Of a stretch of 64,000 nucleotides of DNA, positions 59,667 through 64,000 are shown piece by piece. How positions within the stretch are numbered: position 1 is the stretch's first letter; each line of letters starts with the position of its first letter. The stretch spans positions 12,462,001 to 12,526,000 of the forward strand of contig NC_135830.1 of the NCBI RefSeq assembly GCF_964213995.1, read 5' to 3'. Position numbers and translations under genes: made by a program. The notes below the pieces were generated by a model. That model had not been told where the DNA came from. It ran no database searches and saw only the letters and a program-made list of their open reading frames with translations. This DNA is from Mustelus asterias (lineage: Eukaryota).

Positions 59667-62584
59667 CCCGGCAGAAGGGGGCGGCTTTCCAGGCACCGTC
59701 GGTTGATTCCCTGCTGGAGGCGGCGACTGGATCCAGGTCCCACCTTCCACACCCCCAACAGAATGGACTTCCAGATTTACAATAGGTTAATATTAAAATG
59801 GACATTTTGTCTGTGTCGGGATATTTGTTTGGCTGAATATGTCCATTGTATTGTCTCCATTATTTCTGATGGTGATATTGCAGTTCATCATTTCTTTATT
59901 TAAAATAACGAATTCCATTGTAAATATGGTGATTTTATTACCACGCCCCCAAGAAGAACACAAATCTAAAAGTGATGAAATTACATTTTTGGAAAATAAA
60001 GAGACCGTCAGTCTATTTTGCAACAATTCCGGGTCTCTGTCATATTACAATAATAAAGCATCATTTATCAGAATAACTTTTACCGATTTCTGTAACTAAA
60101 TGAGGGGGTATGAACAAAGTGATTGCATTTACAGTGTGGATGGCTATCACTGTACAATTTGGGTTTGGAGATGAGAAGAAACTCTCACACAATACAATGT
60201 TTCTCCTTATATTTGTCAAACTGCCCCAATCTCGAAGACAGCTATTTGAAAATAATAAGAATCCTGCCCTCCTGATAATTAAATAGTGAGTTGACAGAGA
60301 AACATAAAGTTCTCCTTCAGCATCCAGATCATTGCAGGTCACTCTATCGGCCACCGGCTGTCTAACATTCGCTGGTATTGCGAACACAAGATATCAGGGC
60401 TTTGCGGCAGATTGCACAATATCACAAGAATAAATGTTTTATCTTCCATTGAATCAGGTTATGAACTGATCATTTCTCCACTTATTGGCAGCTATGATTG
60501 GAACTCTTCAAGAACAGGAATCAGATTATACTGTATAGTAGAATAGGGTGTTAATCAGGTACAAGAGACGCTGCTGTTTAAATGCGATACAGAACGTTCA
60601 GAATATTCCAGGAATTCCCGCTGTTCGTGTCAGTTTTATGATGTTCCCTTAATATGATTTCGATGCATTTTATGCCATTGCACTGATTTCAATTGACTGG
60701 GGAATTGGGACCATCAACATCTCTCTCTCGCATTTCATGAAGTGGTTAATAAACAGACTTTAATTAGTGGAATGACATTTATTTGGAAGTTATTCAAATG
60801 AAAAAGCATCTGGTCACTTTATTGTTTTGCGATACTATTTACTCACATAATGAACAGGCCATTGAATGAAAATATTTGATTAGAATGATTACGATTTAAA
60901 ATGTGTCATTCTTGTGGGAATGAAACATTTATTGTTTAAATGGCTGAATCCCATTTTGTCCGTTTAGGTTCACGCTAATCTGTCCCACAGAGTATTTGGC
61001 AGCAATCCAGCCTTCTGCCAAATGCTCAAAGTTATTGACAGGAAGCATCTGGAGGTGTTGTGCAGCAGAACAAAGATCTGTTTCCTCAGTACTGACCGCT
61101 TGGCTGCAAGCCAACTTAAAACCCTCCACATTGTCAATCAGGCCTATTTATAAATAAATCTACCCAGCAACAGTACTGCAGGCACTTTACTTTTTTTAAG
61201 TTGTAAATCTAGATGAATTTTTCCCATCTCTAAAGAAAGGAATTCCATGCAGCTTCTCTGGCACCCTGTTAGCAACAATGATGATTTTTCCAACACATCA
61301 GGATATGGTGTTAGATGGATAGAAAGAATTACAGGCAAACTGAGAAATGTCTCAGAGAGACGATACATGAACATGTATGTTTGTATTTTCTTTCCCTTTA
61401 TCTTTCCATGGGATGTTTGGATGCAAAGACCGGCACTTTTTGTCTGTCCCAAATTCCCTTGAACTGACTGGTTTTCTCGGCCACTTCTGAAGATATTAAG
61501 AAGTCAGCTATTTTGCTGTCCATCTGGAGTCACATCCTTGTGAGACCAGGTAGCGATGGCAGATTTCACTCATTGGGGAATCAGAGAGGGTCCGATGGTC
61601 GCCATTAGTATCTGTTCCATATTTATTAATTGAATTCAAATTCCACCAGCTGCAATGCTCCGATTTAAATCCCTGTCCCCACATCATTGTCCTGGGCCTC
61701 TGGATCACTGGGCCACTTCAATTAATATTACGTCACCATCTGCGCAAACAATAAATGAATGATTGTGTTGTTGCAGGAATGAATGACCGTTGAATGAATG
61801 ATATGAATATCAGTTGGATGCCTGAATATTTTGATTGAGGAATCAGTGAACGGATTGATGGATGCATTGTTAAATGGTACTGAAAGATGCTGTTCCACAT
61901 TCCCATATTTGTACTTGACTGGTTCATAAATTGAAACAGTTCCTTGATTCCATTTCTGTCAGCCTAATAACTTCAATGCTTCCAGAGGGTCTGGGTGAAA
62001 TCAAACCCGATTTTCGAGGGAGTTAGCAAACTGATCCTCACGAAAAGAAGAGGGCATTTTCCTGCGGCACGGATGGTTCATTTCTCTGCTGATGCTGAAT
62101 ATTCATATCCAAGATCGAAAGAGGGAACATGGTTTGGCTGAGGAGGAAGGATTGTAATATTTGAAACATGTGCAGCAAATCAATCACCATGCCCTCACCC
62201 AAATTAGTGAAGGTAACAAGCTGTAAAATAAATAATGTGGCAACAGATATATTGTGAAACTCACTGGACAACTACAAGTGTTACATTATTTCCCAAAACA
62301 ATGTAATAATGAATCGGGATTTAAAAATTCAGTAAAATCATATTAGGTGCAAGGTAGTGTAATTCATATCATTCCTTTGGAAATCATCACACCAGTTATG
62401 TATCAGGAGTTTAAAGCGCAGAGACTGTTGGGTAGCGACTCATGATCCTCAGTCTGAATTCGTTCAATTTCCCACTGCATTCTGGGACAGATTTTTATCC
62501 TTGTTGACAAAAAGGTCAATACAGTGTCAAGAAATGTTAATATCAATAAATTATTCAAAGCAAAGTTGTACAAAATGAAATACT

Positions 62585-63100
62585 GAAAACAAACAGAAAA
62601 TGCTGGAAAATCTCAGCAGATCTGACAGCATCTGTGGAGACAGAATAGACCCAACGTTTCGAGTCTGGATGACGCTTCAGCAGAGTATTCCTAATGCGTT
62701 GGAGAGATTATCATTGTATCCAACAAGGTGTCAGACAAGCTGCATAACTTTCTTGTGAGATGTGAATAGTTCAAAGAGGCACTGTTTAATTATATGCACT
62801 ATTTCGAGCCACACACAAGTTGCATGAACTTACATACCGATCCCAAATATCATAATCAACTTATCCATGCTAACTGACCAAATCACCGTCTCAATCACTA
62901 ACTATATCCTAAAGAAACTTCCTAATCCCTTTCCACCCTCATCAGTTCCCAATGTCATCGCCCTCTTCAATTTTCTCCAAATAAAAAAAGGGTCATCCTG
63001 ATTCGAAACTTTGACTCTATTCTCTCACCACAGATGCTGTCAGACCTGTTGAGATTTTCAGAATTTATTATTTTTGTTTCAGTTTCCAGAATCCGCAATG
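62585..63100. mobile_element. Second Penelope-like family: inverted terminal units (62585-62690, 62990-63100); related fragments ~29305, ~36580
   Basis: aaaacagaaaatgctggaaaatctcagcag..tgacagcatctgtgg..aacgtttcgagtctggatgac and its reverse complement; degenerate hammerhead-like core (CTGCTGA..GAAACGTT) on minus. Confidence 0.6.
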
Positions 63101-63569
63101 TTTTTCATTTATTAAAATGCTGAATATAATTGGTGAAATAATTGTTTATCTGTATTAATTGATATTAATTGGTGAATTGGAACTACCCCGCCTGGATATT
63201 TCCCTCCAGACGCTCATAAACCTGACTTGGACATATATTACCGCTCCTTTAGCGTCGCTGGGTCGGAGTCCAGGAGAACCCTTCCTAACAGCACTGTGGG
63301 TGTACCTACACTGCAGGTTGTGCAACGGTTCAAGGTGGCGGCTAACTACCAGCTTACCGAATGCACTTCGCAATGTGAAATAAATTACAGCTTAGACAGT
63401 TACCCACCTTCCATAAAGTAATTTTAAATAGACTAACCTTTGTGAATGAATGAGAATTGGTGAATGCATTTATTAAATTGTGAATGGACGGTCATTAGTG
63501 AAAATAATTACTATCTTTCTGAACATTTATGACATTCTCCTTATTTGCTGGAAGATTTAAGGTTTGTAG

Positions 63570-63867
63570 TTAATTTATTAATGTCACAAGTAGGCTTACA
63601 TTAACAGTGCTTTGGAGTCACTGTGAAAATCCCCGAGTCGCCACACTGTAGCGTCTGTTCGGGGACACTGAGGGAGAATTTAGCCTGGCCAGCGCACATT
63701 ACCAGCATGCCTTTTCGGACTGTGCAGGAAACTGGACCACCCAGAAGAAATCCACGCATAAACGGGGAGAATGTACAGACTCCGCACAGACACTGACCCA
63801 CGCCGGAACCAAACCAGTGGCCCTGGCACTGTGAGGCAACAGACCTAACCACTGTGCCACCATGGCA
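63570..63867 (-). mobile_element. HE1-like SINE
   Basis: Reverse complement ggtggcacagtggttagg..tgcctcacagtgccaggg; same subfamily as 39035. Confidence 0.85.
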
Positions 63868-64000
63868 CCCACAATTCCATAAGACATGCATGATTCAAAT
63901 TTATCACACATTTTTGCAAACTAAACCGATGGAAGAGACTGTTACAACTACAGGCATATCTCAGTCATAACATCACGGGAAAGATCTTTGCTGAGGTCAC

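Overview
Cartilaginous-fish (shark-type) genomic DNA from an antigen-receptor region; not prokaryotic. Positions ~1-32 kb hold an array of 8 T-cell receptor alpha/delta-type V segments in both orientations, most with leader exons and 23(22)-bp-spacer RSSs. Two look intact (3164-3625, 16771-17779); six are disabled, two of them carrying retroelement insertions with visible target-site duplications. They lie among CR1 and Rex1/Babar LINE fragments, tRNA-derived SINEs, degenerate tRNA-Val/Arg copies, U2-like remnants and short Penelope-type elements carrying minimal hammerhead-ribozyme cores. At 38-40.7 kb is a two-exon class A GPCR (GPR139-like) pseudogene. On the minus strand at 42.9-59.7 kb is a complete IgM heavy-chain cluster (L, V, J, Cmu1-4 with secretory tail, TM1, TM2; all splice sites GT-AG and in phase). 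Its V is already fused to a D in the DNA and carries a 12-RSS (VD-J configuration), its J has a 1-nt insertion that changes the CDR3-encoding frame, and its J-C intron carries a G-rich 20-mer tandem array resembling a switch region. Repeat boundaries are approximate; family names come from motif recognition by eye, not database searches.
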